NCBI RefSeq assembly: GCF_006345805.1
Contig: NC_043002.1
Location: 10,602,001-10,666,000, forward strand
DNA length: 64,000 nucleotides
Source of the DNA: Octopus sinensis
Taxonomy: Eukaryota
Reading direction: 5' to 3'
This document shows, one piece after another, positions 13,113 through 25,793 of this stretch. The notes under the pieces are model-generated. The model was not told the origin of the DNA, did not search any database, and saw only the letters and a list, made by a program, of their open reading frames with translations. Made by a program: the position numbers and the translations under genes. Positions within the stretch are counted from its first letter, which is position 1. Every line of letters begins with the position of its first letter.

Positions 13113-13445
13113 GCAGGTTGAAAAGTAACACACAGGTTGATATATATGGAAAAAAAGTCAAGATAGAAAATACAAAAAATAATTTTATAAAAAACATTTT
13201 CTTGAGACACAGAAACAGGCAGAAACAAGGAAAATGCCACTCGTATTTGAACACTATGATAATGTTTTTTTAAAAAACTTCTATTTTATTTTTTCCAAAA
13301 TTTAATTGTGTATTCCATAACTTACAGTTGAAAAACTCTCAATGATTGAAACCGGTACTGAAATGTTTTTTATAAAATTATTTTAGCATTTTCTATCTTG
13401 ACTTTTTTCCATATATATCAACCTGTGTGTTCCTTTTCAACCAGC
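13113..13445. mobile_element. MITE with ~88-bp TIRs and TA target duplication (Tc1/mariner-type)
   Basis: TA|gcaggttgaaaagtaacacacaggttgatatatatggaaaaaa...ttttttccatatatatcaacctgtgtgttccttttcaaccagc|TA. Confidence 0.8.
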
Positions 13446-13559
<114 letters not shown>

Positions 13560-13574
13560 GTGTGTGTATAAGTG

Positions 13575-13887
13575 GTGTTTGCTTAACGGCATTTCATACA
13601 GCTTTACAATTTGAGTTCAAATTGCGGCGCAGTCAAATTCGGTTTTTATATTTTCGTTATCGACAAATAAAATACACAAGGACTGGTGTCGATGTAATCG
13701 AATAACACCTTCCTTTTGAAACCTATGGTCTCGTCCAAAATTCTAAGCCATCATGACAGAGTGCAGTTTGAAAGAGATATTGCTTTTTTTTTCTAGGAAG
13801 TCGAATAACTGCATATACGCCCCTTCTCTTTTACTCTTTTACTTGTTTCAGTCATTTGATTGCAGCCATGCTGGAGCACCACCTTTC
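13575..13887 (+). repeat. Local duplication, copy 1 (copy 2 at 16496-16813): old SINE A relic + spacer + SINE B tail
   Basis: Near-identical composite sequence in both places, including the same junction into the SINE B tail. Confidence 0.9.
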
Positions 13888-14228
13888 AGCGACCAAATCG
13901 ACCCTGGGACTTATTCTTTGTAAGCCTATTAATTACTCTATCAGTGTCTTTTGCCGAACCGTTAACTTACGGGTACGTAAACACACCAGCATCGGTTGTC
14001 AAGCGATGTTGGGGGGACAAACAAAGACACACAAACACACACACATATATGTACATATACATATATACGACGGGATTCTTTCAGTTTCCGATTACCAAAT
14101 CCACTCACAAGGCTTTGGTCAGCCCTAGGCTATAGTAGAAGACACTTGCCCAAGGTGCCACGTAGTGGGACTGAACCCGGAACCATGTAGTTGGTAAGCA
14201 AGCTACTTACCACACAGCCACTCCTGAG
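13826..14228 (-). mobile_element. SINE B, full-length
   Basis: Matches 4757-5180. Confidence 0.9.
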
Positions 14229-14309
14229 CCCTTCGTTGATTTATTTTGGTAATTAGCTCTAGATACCTGTTTTCTGTGTAAAGGAATATAGGTATATGTT
14301 ATATTGGTT

Positions 14310-14890
14310 TCAAATTTAGGCACAAAGCCAGCAATTTCGGGAAGTGGGCCGATGGATTATATCGATCCGAATACTCAACTGGTACTTGTTTAATCGAACT
14401 CAAAATGATGAAAGGCAAAGTAAACCACGGTGGGAATTTGGATTTAGAATTTACTGATGATGAAGGACAGTTAGCGATCTAAGCAATATTTCTTTATGAG
14501 TATTCCGAAGTATTTATCTAAGAGATAGCGACAGATCCGGATTTCTATATGGGCCAATATGGACCATGGCCTAGCAATCTGTTTAACTATTGCTTGGAGT
14601 TAAAAATTGGAAATTAGAATTGTAGCAATCAAATAGATTATTTGTAATTTTATTCTTGTAAAAATATTTACATCTAATAGAAATTTTAATAATTATCGAG
14701 CGCCTTTTTGATTTATAGGAGCCTTTTAGCTCTAAAATTCCTGAAATTTGAGTTCCTCTAAATCTGAAAAGGTCTTTTCAGTTTTGGTGCTTCTTCATGC
14801 TGTTAAGTGACTCTTGTATAGAAACGGGCAAAATGCCGCTAAGCTTTATACCCGGCGTGTTAACGATTCTACCAGCACGTTGCCTTATAA
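14310..14890 (-). mobile_element. SINE A' copy interrupted by the 355-bp repeat (14453-14809)
   Basis: Tail and body at 14310-14445, head (aaatgccgctaagc...aacgattctaccagc) at 14810-14890. Confidence 0.55.
14453..14809 (+). repeat. Unclassified ~355-bp dispersed repeat, copy 2
   Basis: Direct repeat of 6543-6899. Confidence 0.9.
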
Positions 14891-15442
14891 ATATACATTA
14901 CATTAACGCGGTTAATGTTCGATTTGGTTCCTCTACTGATGATCGCGAGAAAGCAAATATACATCTTGATGCAATTGGAAACATGTTCATTATTAAAATT
15001 GGAAACGATATATGAAATCACTACAGCAAATATGTTTACTACGATATTAACACTAAGATAGTAATGATGGACACAAATGATTTATATCTCTACAAATTTC
15101 TTCGTAAACATTACATGCGTGTGTGTGTGCGTGTGTATGTATCTGTGTGTATGTGTGTGCATAACGACATTTCATATAAAATGTTATTAGAATCCTGTGA
15201 AAATTTGCCAAGAAAATTATCGATAAAAAGTAGGAACACTATAATTAAAAGGTATAAGATTTTTTCCATTTTTTTTTAATTACAATTTTCTGATCTCCTA
15301 TATCTCCCCATAATAAATATTTCTTTTGATTCCAATTTTAAACTGACATTTCTCATGTGTGTGTGTGTGTTCGTGTATGTGTCCGTGTGTGTTTGTCTGT
15401 GTGTATATGTATACATATATACATACATACATATATATATAC

Positions 15443-15473
<31 letters not shown>

Positions 15474-15530
15474 TATTATATATAATGCATGTATATATAT
15501 ATTATATATGTATATATATATATATATATA

Positions 15531-15599
<69 letters not shown>

Positions 15600-15744
15600 A
15601 TCTAGCTTTTAGTTTGGCTTTCTACAAGAGCGAATATAATTGATTTTGCGACCAGGCACAAGTCCAATTGTTTCACAACCAAAACATAATTGATTGCGCC
15701 AGTCGTGGCGTACTTTCTTGTGAGAACTTCTTTAAAAACGTAAA

Positions 15745-15778
<34 letters not shown>

Positions 15779-16495
15779 GTAGTAGTTGTTGTTGTTGTTT
15801 TTGTTGTTTTTATTGCTTTGTACTAAGCCATCCCGAAGGAAATAATTCTATGATCAAATGTTTTCCAGACGCGAACATCCTCTCTTGTTCCCTAATTTAA
15901 TATATGCAAGAGTACATTATCCAATGCACTCTACCATGTTGTTGTTGTTGTCGTTGTCCCTGGCTTTGCCGGTAATGGAAGTGGTGTTGTTTATCCCCAA
16001 GTAGACCTTGGATAACTCTATGATCAAAAGAGTTGTAACCGTAATTAGTTCCCGTTTTATAAGACATTTTCTATGTAAAACTTTACCGAATCACAACTTG
16101 TTGAGTATCTTGTTGCTATTCATTGTGTCCGTTTAACCCCAGCTAAGCTATGGAAACACGTAAAATCAAAAGAAGTTCTAACACACGAGTACACGGGACT
16201 TTATTTTCGCGCTCTGCATACACTGGGCTACATTTACATACCAGCAGTGAATTCTTCGGCTTTTAAGAAAGCAGGTTGTGATTTAACGGAGATAAATTTG
16301 TTATTTCAAGCAGCGCAAGTGACCAGTAAAACTGCGTTGTTGCCCACCAAGCATGGGTACGTGGTTAAGAAGTTCGCTTTGCAACCATGTTATGTATATT
16401 TTCGATCTCACCACGTGGTGGTGCCTTGGGAGGGTGTCCAGTTGTTGCCTCGATTTGGTCACCAGCTTGTGAGTGAAATTTGGTAAGATACTTGT

Positions 16496-16813
16496 GTGTT
16501 TGCTTAAACGGCATTTCATACAGCTTTATACTTTGTGTTCAAATTTCGCCGCAGTCAAATTAGGTTTTTATATTTTCGTTATCGACAAAATAAAATACGC
16601 AACAAGGACTGGAGTCGGTGCAATCGAATTACCCCTTTTCCTTTGAAACCTATGGTCTTGTCCAATATTCTAAGCCATCATGACAGAGTGCAGTTTGAAA
16701 GAGATATTGCTGTTTTTTCTAGGAAGTCGAATAACTGCATATACGTCACTTCTCTTTTACTCTTTTACTTGTTTCAGTCATTTGACTGCAGCCATGCTGG
16801 AGCACCACCTTTC
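16496..16813 (+). repeat. Local duplication, copy 2 of 13575-13887
   Basis: Sequence match. The SINE B part stops at caccacctttc. Confidence 0.9.
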
Positions 16814-17914
16814 GACAGTATCATTTGGGGGAAATCAAGCTGTTATTCCTAGAAGAAGGAACGAGTACATAGACGCTCATACTATACGATTTATTGACCC
16901 ACAGAGGGCGAATTTGCCTTTAACACTGTCTGGATCGATAAAATACGTACCAGCTTATCACTAGGGTCGATGTAATCAACTTTATCGCTCCCCTGAACTT
17001 GCTGACATAGTGCCAAATTTGAAACTAATATTATTATTATTATTAAGGCGGGAGGACGTTATTTTAGGCATCAATATTACTTTCTAAATATTTATATAGA
17101 AAATTTTGATTCTCCGGAAACAACCCCCGAAGTCTGTCAATGATATTTTTCCTTTCATGATAATTAAAAAAAAAAATGATTTCATAATCATATTTTTAGG
17201 TAAGGTTTTTACTTGAATCAGTTCAAAATAAGGAAAATTTTTCCTTTGAATTTTCTTTAATTTCCGGGATATATTTCTCAATATGCAATATTTTCAACAA
17301 TTTTAACCTATAAGAGTGAAGCTAAGTGCTAAGTGCTGAATGAATGAGGGTGAAATCGTCTATGTCCATAAGTGCATAAATCGTAGAAATCAGGTTTAGT
17401 ATTATTATTGATATCCGTATCATACACACACACACACACACACACACACAAGATCCGAGGATCGAAGTGTAGGAAGAAAGTTAGCTTCAAGCAATAAGTA
17501 GTAAATATAAAACATCTTTCAGTGAAAATAGTGGTTTACTGAGACCGAGGATTGTGGATTTTATTTTCGTATCGAAGTACGATAAAGTGAAAAAAAAGTT
17601 CTTTTTATATTTCACGGTAGGTGACCAAGGTTGCCGAGTGTGCGAATAAGAATACAAGAGTTAAGGAATGGAGTAGATAAGATTTCGCATCAATCAAATG
17701 CGAAATTATAGGTGCTCTGGCTACACCAGATGCTGTGGGGACTTGCATCCCTTGTAAGCCATAAAGTGAGTACTTTCTCGTGGCTAAGAGTTGTTTTCAC
17801 CCTCATGTCTAGCAATGCTAGTGCTAACTAAAAATCTTACTCACTTTAGTGACGTCTATGGTATATTTGTATCTGGGCATATATATACATACATATATAT
17901 ATATTATATATATA

Positions 17915-17968
<54 letters not shown>

Positions 17969-17996
17969 TATATGTATATACAAGGAAATCTTAAGA

Positions 17997-18420
17997 TTAG
18001 CTTCTAAGCATTTTAAATCTAGCCATAAATTCTATAGAATATTTAATTGGAAAACACTGAAGGTTAGCTATCCTTGTTGCAAAAACTTCGCCTCTATCCT
18101 TAGCCAACATAACATGAAAATTATTACAGACAACTACAATGCCAAATCTAATCCGAGGAATTGCAACTGCAAAGACGAGACTTGCTGTCCGTCGGAAAGA
18201 AAATGTCTTGAAAAAGGTATTGTTTATAGAGCCAAAATGCAAGTAGGTGGCTCGCAAGAATATAAAACATATACAGGTGCTTCAGAGAATTCGTTCAAGA
18301 CTTGATTCTATTCACACCAAAATTCTTTTCGATTCTCCGAGAACAAGTCAGCGACTAGTCTTGCAAAGCATGTCTGGGAACTGAAAGTGAATGACTTCAA
18401 TGGGAAATTCTAGAAAAAGT
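17997..18420 (+). pseudogene. Penelope-like element GIY-YIG endonuclease fragment
   Basis: KHFKSSHKFYRIFNWKTLKVSYPC...HN, CNCKDETCCP...KCLEKGIVYRA, YTGASENSFKT*FYSHQNSF...TSLAKHVWELK. Confidence 0.85.
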
Positions 18421-18444
18421 ATCAGCACACAGACATGGAGTTTA

Positions 18445-18517
<73 letters not shown>

Positions 18518-18617
18518 NNNNNNNNNNNNNNNNNNNNNNNNNNNNNNNNNNNNNNNNNNNNNNNNNNNNNNNNNNNNNNNNNNNNNNNNNNNNNNNNNNN
18601 NNNNNNNNNNNNNNNNN
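18518..18617. other. Assembly gap (100 N)
   Basis: Run of N after (TATC)n. Confidence 1.
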
Positions 18618-18668
18618 ATGTATGTGTGTATATATATATGAGCGCCCGCCGCACACACGTTTAGTACG

Positions 18669-18708
<40 letters not shown>

Positions 18709-19047
18709 ATCAGCTATGGTTATATTCATAGCCTTGTTATAACACCAGAAAAATGAAACGTACACAAATCACCCATTTCCGAAAAATATTTTCTTTACAA
18801 TAAACATCACAGTTACAATCCATAAATGACGTAAAAATCACAAATAATTCTCTTATTTTATTCTTTCCGTATTTTAATTGTGTTTCGGTGTTTTTTATTC
18901 TCGATCTTGCGGGCGTTACATTTGTACTGTTTGATTTATAAATATAACCGAACATTTTTTAACAACAATTACATCAACTACCGTGCAGCTAATTAAAATA
19001 CTCCACCAGTTACTATATATATCTTTGTACGTAGGTATAGATGTGTT

Positions 19048-19096
<49 letters not shown>

Positions 19097-19111
19097 GGAG
19101 TGGCTGTGTGG

Positions 19112-19140
<29 letters not shown>

Positions 19141-19143
<3 letters not shown>

Positions 19144-19307
19144 GGAGTGGCTGTGTGGTAATTAGCTTGCTTATCAACCACATGGTTCCGGGTTCAGTCC
19201 CACTGCGTGGCACCTTGGTCAAGTGCCTTCTACTATAGCCTCGGGCCGACCAAAGTTTGTGAGTGGATTTGGTTGAGGGAAACTGAAAGTAGCCCGTCGT
19301 ATATATG
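19141..19307 (+). mobile_element. SINE B 5' half (3' half at 23747-23970)
   Basis: Head aggagtggctgtgtggta...gcccgtcgtatatatg ends in the central microsatellite where the mariner starts. Confidence 0.88.
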
Positions 19308-19309
19308 TA

Positions 19310-20600
19310 CGAAGGGCGTTCAATAAGTAATGCCCCTGACCCACTTCCCATAGTAGTAGAGCAACGAAACGTGGCACAGTTATTAGTCTTTTTCTACATA
19401 GGAACCACCCAGAGTTACGCATTTCTCCCATCGTTTGATGCGGCTCTGGAGACCGTTTTTGTGTAAGAACCCAGCTTGGTCCTCCAACCTCAACGTGACT
19501 TCAGAAATCAAGGCTGCATCATCTGGGAAACGCTTTCCTTTCAAAAACAACTTCATGATTGGGAAGAGGTGAAAATCAGAGGGTGCAATGTCAGGAAAGT
19601 AGGGGTGATGGGGAGGAGTTCATAGCCATACGCCTGTGCTTCTGATCTGGCGACAAGTGAGTTGTGGACCGGAGCGTTGTCCTGCAGGAGGAGGATGCCT
19701 TTGCTGATCTTGCCCCGCCTCTTGATTTTGATAACTTCTCTTAATTTCCTCAAAAGTGAAGCATAGTAGGCTCCTGCAATTGTGGTACCCTTTGCCAGGA
19801 AATCTGTCATCACTACTCCGTCCTGGTCCCAGAAGACTGTGAGCATGACCTTGCCAGCGGAGGGCTGCACCCTTGCCTTCTTTGGAGGGGGTGAGTCACG
19901 GTGCTTCCACTGCATTGACTGGAATTTGGTCTCTGGATCATCGTGATGGACCCAGGTTTCATCCTGTGTAATCAGTCTTTTCAAAAATTTTGACTCATCT
20001 TCTTGGCACATCTCCAAATTCACCCTCGAGCACTCGACGCGTTCTTGCTTCTGGAAAGGCGTGAGCAACCTGGGAATCCATCTGGCAGACACCTTTTGCA
20101 TATGCAAATGGTCATGAATGATAGTTTCCACAGACCCGGTACTAATCTTGACCTCATGGGCTATTTGGCGAAAAATTATGCGTCGATTTTCCAAAATGGC
20201 AGCCTCAACTTGACGGACAGATGCCTCATCAATGGCAGAAGGGGGCGACCAGATTTGGGAGCTGTTTCCACAAAATTCCGACCTTGTTTGAATTCACGAT
20301 GCCAGCGTTTTACAAGGTCATATGATGGGGCATCATCACCATAAGTTACTTTCATTTCATCAAAAGTCTCCCGTGGTGTGCGTCCTTTCAAATACAAAAG
20401 CCGGATCACTGCTCGACACTCAACAGGCTCCATTTCACACTTGACTCGGTTCAAACACCTGTAAATCAGAAACCACAATTAATTCAGAGCTGTAATTTGC
20501 CACTTACTCTATAGAGATATAAATGATTGCACATGCAAAATTTCAGCTAGATCAAACAAATGCAAGTGGGTCAGAGGCATTACTTATTGAACGTCCCTCG
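19310..20600 (-). mobile_element. Full-length mariner transposon (1291 bp), irritans-like
   Basis: TIRs cgaagggcgttcaataagtaatgcccctgacccactt / aagtgggtcagaggcattacttattgaacgtccctcg, with TA on both sides (19308-09, 20601-02). Confidence 0.95.
19383..20433 (-). pseudogene. Mariner D,D34D-type transposase, at least two frameshifts
   Basis: MEPVECRAVIR...SGRP, WIPRLL, TQDETW, QDNAPVH, then a frameshift near the YSPDLAP-equivalent motif. Ends YVEKD*. Confidence 0.92.
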
Positions 20601-20610
20601 TATATATATG

Positions 20611-23600
20611 ATTGATTGATTCTAGTTTCAGCTCATGAGCTGTGGCCATGCTGAGGCACCGCCATTTGGTGTTGCTACATGGTTTTACTTCACGAATGCT
20701 TTTTAGCAGCTGCCATTTGGTGCATGAGAGAGTTCGATGCAGCTGCCCTCATCTGCACCTCCTGCCGTGAAGTTTGTCCATCTGGGATACCTGACAAGAA
20801 GAGACCCAGTTTCATTTAAAAGACATCTGCATCCACCCCATGCAGGTCTCTTAGGTTCTTCGGGAGGATATTGAAGAGCTGTGGGCCTCGGAAGCCCAGG
20901 CTATCACAGTATCTTGTCCTACATCTTGATGGCAAATTTGGAATCCTAGGCACCACGCAGTGGCGCCCAGTTCTGGCATTTGTGTAACTCTCGATGCCAA
21001 AGTTTGGGACATGTCCTTCCAGGATCTTCCAGATGTATATTATGGCATATCTTTCTCGCCTACGCTCCAAGGAATAGAGTTTTAATCTCTTGAGTCTTTC
21101 CCAGTAGCTTATATTCTGCACAGAGGCTATCTTCTTCGTGTAGCTACGTTGGATCGCCTCAAGTTCTGTGATCAACTTGACACTGGATGGTGACCATAGC
21201 TGAGAGCTATAGTCAAAGTAGCTTAGGACAAGTGTCCTCCAGAGGACCATCATGGTTTCTTGTTCTCTTGTTCTAAAGGTTCTGAGAATCCATCCGGCCA
21301 GTCGTCTACATTTCATTGCCAATTTAGCAACATGTACACGAAAGGTTGCGTCATCACTCATGTAAATACCCAGGTCACGCACTGATTGTGCCTCTGGGAC
21401 TGCAATTCCTCCGGGTCCAGTGTATTCATTGGGTATTGCATTTAGTTTTGCATGCTGATAGCATAAAGCTTGAAACTTTTCAGCATTGAACTGCATGCTA
21501 TTCTTTTCAGGCGTTTAGTGTCCTCAGGGTTCTGTATTGCATGTGAAACTTTTGTATCATCTGCATAACTTGTGATCGTAGCTCTCTGCGTGGCTGAGGG
21601 CATGTCTGAGAGGGCCATTATGAACAGTAGTGGTCCCAAAACAGTGCCCTGCGGAACACCGCTCACTATTTGCGTGTTAATGGAAGTGGCCCCATTGGCT
21701 ACTACCACCTGACTTCTATCTTTCAGAAAGTCATGAAGCCATTCTCCCAGTTTTCCAACTATGCCGAGATCACGCAGTTTGTGACATATCATTCCATGAT
21801 CGACTTTATCAAAGGCCTTTGCAAAGTCGAGATATATGACTTCCACATTTGAGTGGTTGAGCAGTCGTTTCAGCACCCAGTCATAGTGTTGTAGGAGCTG
21901 AGTTAAGCAGCTTCTTCCTGGTCGGAAACCATGTTGGGTGTCAGGCAGCAAGTCATTTTCTTCAAGGAAGGTGATCAGTTTCCTTCTGACTATTCGTTCC
22001 ATGACCTTGCTGATGTGTGAGGTCAGAGAGATAGGTCTGTAGTTCTTGGCCTCCGCTCTGCTACCTCATTTATGACTAGGGCATATTTTACCTTCCTTCA
22101 GTTTTCTTGGAAGTTTGCCAGCTGCAAGGAAGCTCTGAAAGAGGAACTGCAGTGGTCTTGCTAGGACTCTCTTACGTACTTTTAGGAGGATTGCCGGGAA
22201 TCCATCGGGGCCAGTAGCTGAGTCTGTTTTCATTTCATCTATAGCCTTTATTACATCGTCTTCCTTTATATCGATGTAATCTATCGTCGCCGCCTCTGCT
22301 TTTATATCTGCAGTGGTAAAGAAGTCAGTTGGATTGCTGATTTGGAAATGCCCAAGGGGTGGAGTGAAAACACTCTTGAATTGCTCATTCAGTATTTCAC
22401 TTACCCTCATTGGTTTTCCTGTGAGTGTGCCATCCTTTTCAAGGAGTGGCCATATCCTACAGTGCACCGTAGCTGTTTCTTTGGCATACCTGTAGAAAGC
22501 TCTGGGGTTAGATTTTATGTTGTCTATAGCCCAGGCTTCTTTGTCTGCTCTTTCCTTTTAATGGGAGAGTTGCAGACATTTTTCAATTTCCAACAGTTTT
22601 ATTTTCAGGCGGGACTTTTCACTGCTTTCAATTTGTTTGTTTAGGCGATTTGAAAATTTTGTACGCCGTCTCATTAAAATTTTCCTCTCTCTGGGGATTT
22701 TGTTCTTGTGTATAGTGACCTTTCTCTCTGGGACACATTTGTAGCATATGGCTTGCATTACAGACATGAATTGTTGAAGTTTCACGTCGATGTCTGGCGA
22801 GGAGAGACATTCAGGCCAGTTTTGTTTGAGGATCTCTTTCTCAATTTGTTTCCAGTTTGCCTTATGGAAGTTCAAGCTGGAAAGATTCTGAGGGTTTCTT
22901 GTAGGCTGCATGTCCATGCTTTCCTTTGGCCCGTACATGGTCAGCTCTACCATGTTGTGATCCGAGAGTAGTGTCGGTGTCACTTTCACATTATGGATGA
23001 GATCCATATTATTTGTGAAGCAGAGATCCAGTGTGTTACCTGCCCTGGTTGGTTCGAGTATACTTGCTCCATGTACAGGGTGTTGATGAGGTTCAGGAGG
23101 ACCTCGCCTGTCCTCGTTCACATCTTGTCATTCCTGGGAGAGAAAGGCCCTCGGGCCATCTGACATTGGGTAGATTGAAGTCTCCCATAAGAAGTATACT
23201 TATGCGTTGTTCTAATGTGATTAGAACTTCTTCTATTTTTATAAGGCAGTCTTCAAACTTGCCTACATGGCTTGGGGCATCTGGAGGGCGATATGTAGCA
23301 CACACAACTACATCAAGTTGCCTTATATGTACAATTAGTGTGTCACACACCGAGTTTGAGTATGACAAAAGGACCTGGGGTGTGAGGTCCTCACGGATGT
23401 ACATAGCAACTCCTCCATGACTCCTTTCTTTTCTGTCAGTCCGTAGTACAACATACTGTGGTATGTGTAATTCCGCATCTGCTATGTCCGGTTTCAGGTG
23501 CGTTTCCGTAAGTGCTATGCATAAGGCTTGATTGCATGCAACAAAGTCTCTCAAGAACGGGATTTTTGTCCTGTTACTGAGTGTTTGCAGTCCTCTGATG

Positions 23601-23737
23601 TTCAGTAGGAGCATCGAGGTGAGGTGTATGCTGTTGCCGGCGGTGTCCACCCTGGGTCTATTTGCTGTGGTGGTCTTGTATATTGTGGGTAGTCCCATCT
23701 GAGAGCTTGGGTTTGATGAAGCCAGGTTAGCTGCTTC
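20611..23737 (-). mobile_element. CR1/L2-group LINE, 5'-truncated, ORF2 (APE endonuclease + RT) broken by stops and frameshifts
   Basis: APE motifs LLNIRGL, ALTETHL, DRKERSHGGV, MGDFNLP, SDHN. RT motifs QHGFRPGRSC, YLDFAKAFDKV, SGVPQGTVLGP, YADDTK. C-terminal LYSLERRRERY. Tail ends in (TGAT)n. Possible TSD atatatatg (20602-10, 23738-46). Confidence 0.93.
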
Positions 23738-23746
23738 ATATATATG

Positions 23747-23968
23747 TGTGTTGTGTGTGTGTATGTATGTGTGTGTGTGTGTATGTTTGTGTTTGTCCCC
23801 CCATCATCGCTTGACAACCGATGCTGGTGTGTTTACGTCCTCGTAAACTAGCGGTTCGAGAAAAGAGACCGATAGAATAAGTCCTGGGGTCGATTTCCTC
23901 GATAAAGGTGGTGCTCCAGCATGGCCACAGTCAAGTGACTGAATCAAATTAAAAAAAGAGTAAAAAAG

Positions 23969-23970
<2 letters not shown>
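23747..23970 (+). mobile_element. SINE B 3' half
   Basis: tgtgtgt...gtccccccatcatcgcttgacaaccgatgc...ccagcatggccacagtcaagtgactgaa...aagagtaaa. Confidence 0.88.
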
Positions 23971-24001
<31 letters not shown>

Positions 24002-24004
24002 ATG

Positions 24005-24057
<53 letters not shown>

Positions 24058-24074
24058 AGCATATTCTAGCTTCT

Positions 24075-24255
24075 GAAGGTGCGTGGTGTAGTATTCGAGG
24101 TATTCGACTCACGATCGTCAACTCCTGAGTTCGGTTCCCGGCGACGCATTGTGTCCTGGACCAAGACAATTTATTTCACTTTGCTCCATTCCACTCGGTT
24201 GGCTAGAATGTCTTGTGCCTGTATTTCAAAGGGCCCGTCCCTGTCACACTCGGAC
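24075..24255 (+). mobile_element. Old SINE family D copy
   Basis: Similar to 49204-49529 (gagttcggttcccggcgacgcattgtgtcct...tatttcaaagggc). Confidence 0.65.
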
Positions 24256-24726
24256 ACTTATTTTATCGATCGCGAAACGATGAAAGGCAAATTTGACCAG
24301 AGCGGAATTTGAACTCGGAACGTAACATGGATAAAATGCCGCTAAGTATTGTAATGGGAGTGCTAACGATTCTGCCAGTTCACTGATATATTATAATTAT
24401 AATAATAATCTTTTCTAGGCACAAGTCCTGAAATTTGTGGGGAAGGGATTAGTCAGTTACATCGTCCTCAGCGTTTCACTGGTACTTAATTTATCGATCC
24501 CGAAATGATGAAAGGCAAAGTCAACTTCGGCGGAATTTGAACTCAGAACGTAAATGCGGACGAAATGCCGCTAAGCACTTGGCCAGAGTGTTAACGATCC
24601 TGCCAGCTCACTACTATAATAATAATAATAATAATAATATAATATAATAATAATATAATAATAATTATAATAATAATAATAATAATAATTATAATAATAA
24701 TAATAATGATGATGATGATAATAATG

Positions 24727-24762
<36 letters not shown>

Positions 24763-24794
24763 TAATAATAATGATGATGATGATAATAATAATA

Positions 24795-24837
<43 letters not shown>

Positions 24838-25050
24838 TAATAATAATAATCTTTTCTACTCTAGGTACAAGGCGCGAAATTTTGGGGAAGTGGGTCAGTC
24901 GATTATATCGACCCCAATACGCAACTGGTACTGATTTTATTCACCCGAAATGATGAAAGGCAATGTCGACTTCGGCGGAATTTGAACCTCAGAACGTAAA
25001 GGTGGACAAAAAACCGCTAAGCACTTTGCTCATTCTGCCAGCTCACTATT
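24255..25050 (-). mobile_element. Three SINE A' copies (about 24255-24385, 24410-24612, 24850-25050) separated by (AAT)n
   Basis: Each carries gatgaaaggcaa...ggaatttgaactc.gaacgta...ctgccag.tca. Confidence 0.8.
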
Positions 25051-25070
25051 GTCATTACAAGATTAACAGA

Positions 25071-25126
<56 letters not shown>

Positions 25127-25149
25127 TGATGATGATGATGATGATAATG

Positions 25150-25191
<42 letters not shown>

Positions 25192-25207
25192 TAATAATAA
25201 TAATGAA

Positions 25208-25677
25208 GACGAAGAGCGCGATTCGATTGTAAGATATTTTATTAGTTGAACGATATTTCAACAGTACGTCTATCTTTGTCAAGTTCAAAATAAGAAGTGA
25301 TAAAAAGTCAAGACTACAGAAATTTAAACGTAAAGTATGAACGAGAGCAACCAGAGTCCACACGTACACGTTTTCACAAAACTGATGTAATTATTTGCAT
25401 AACATAGAATAGAAATATTTTATATTACACCACACATCATCATTGTCCCGCAATAAGCACAATGACAAATGTTGAAATTTTTGAAAAATTTACAATTTTT
25501 CCCATTATGCAATTATTCAACAAGTGCGGATGCTGCTTGTTCGTTCATACTTTACGTTTAAATTTCTGTAGTCTTGAATTTTTATCACTTCTTATTTTGA
25601 ACTTGACAAAGGCGGACGTACTGTTGAAATATCGTTCAACTAATAAAATATCTTACAATCAAATCGCGCTCTTCGTC
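25208..25677. repeat. Inverted repeat: 137-bp arms (25208-25344 / 25541-25677), 196-bp spacer
   Basis: Five mismatches counted by eye. The spacer has an older direct copy at ~25830-25990. Confidence 0.93.
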
Positions 25678-25746
25678 CTGACTGTTAAACTTTGTGAAGA
25701 GTTACGTCAATGCCTTTTTTTAAATATAATAATAATAATAATAATA

Positions 25747-25793
<47 letters not shown>

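Noticed and set aside
18705-18775. Hairpin gctatg/catagc followed by gaaacgtac as a hammerhead
   Set aside because: No CUGANGA core upstream.
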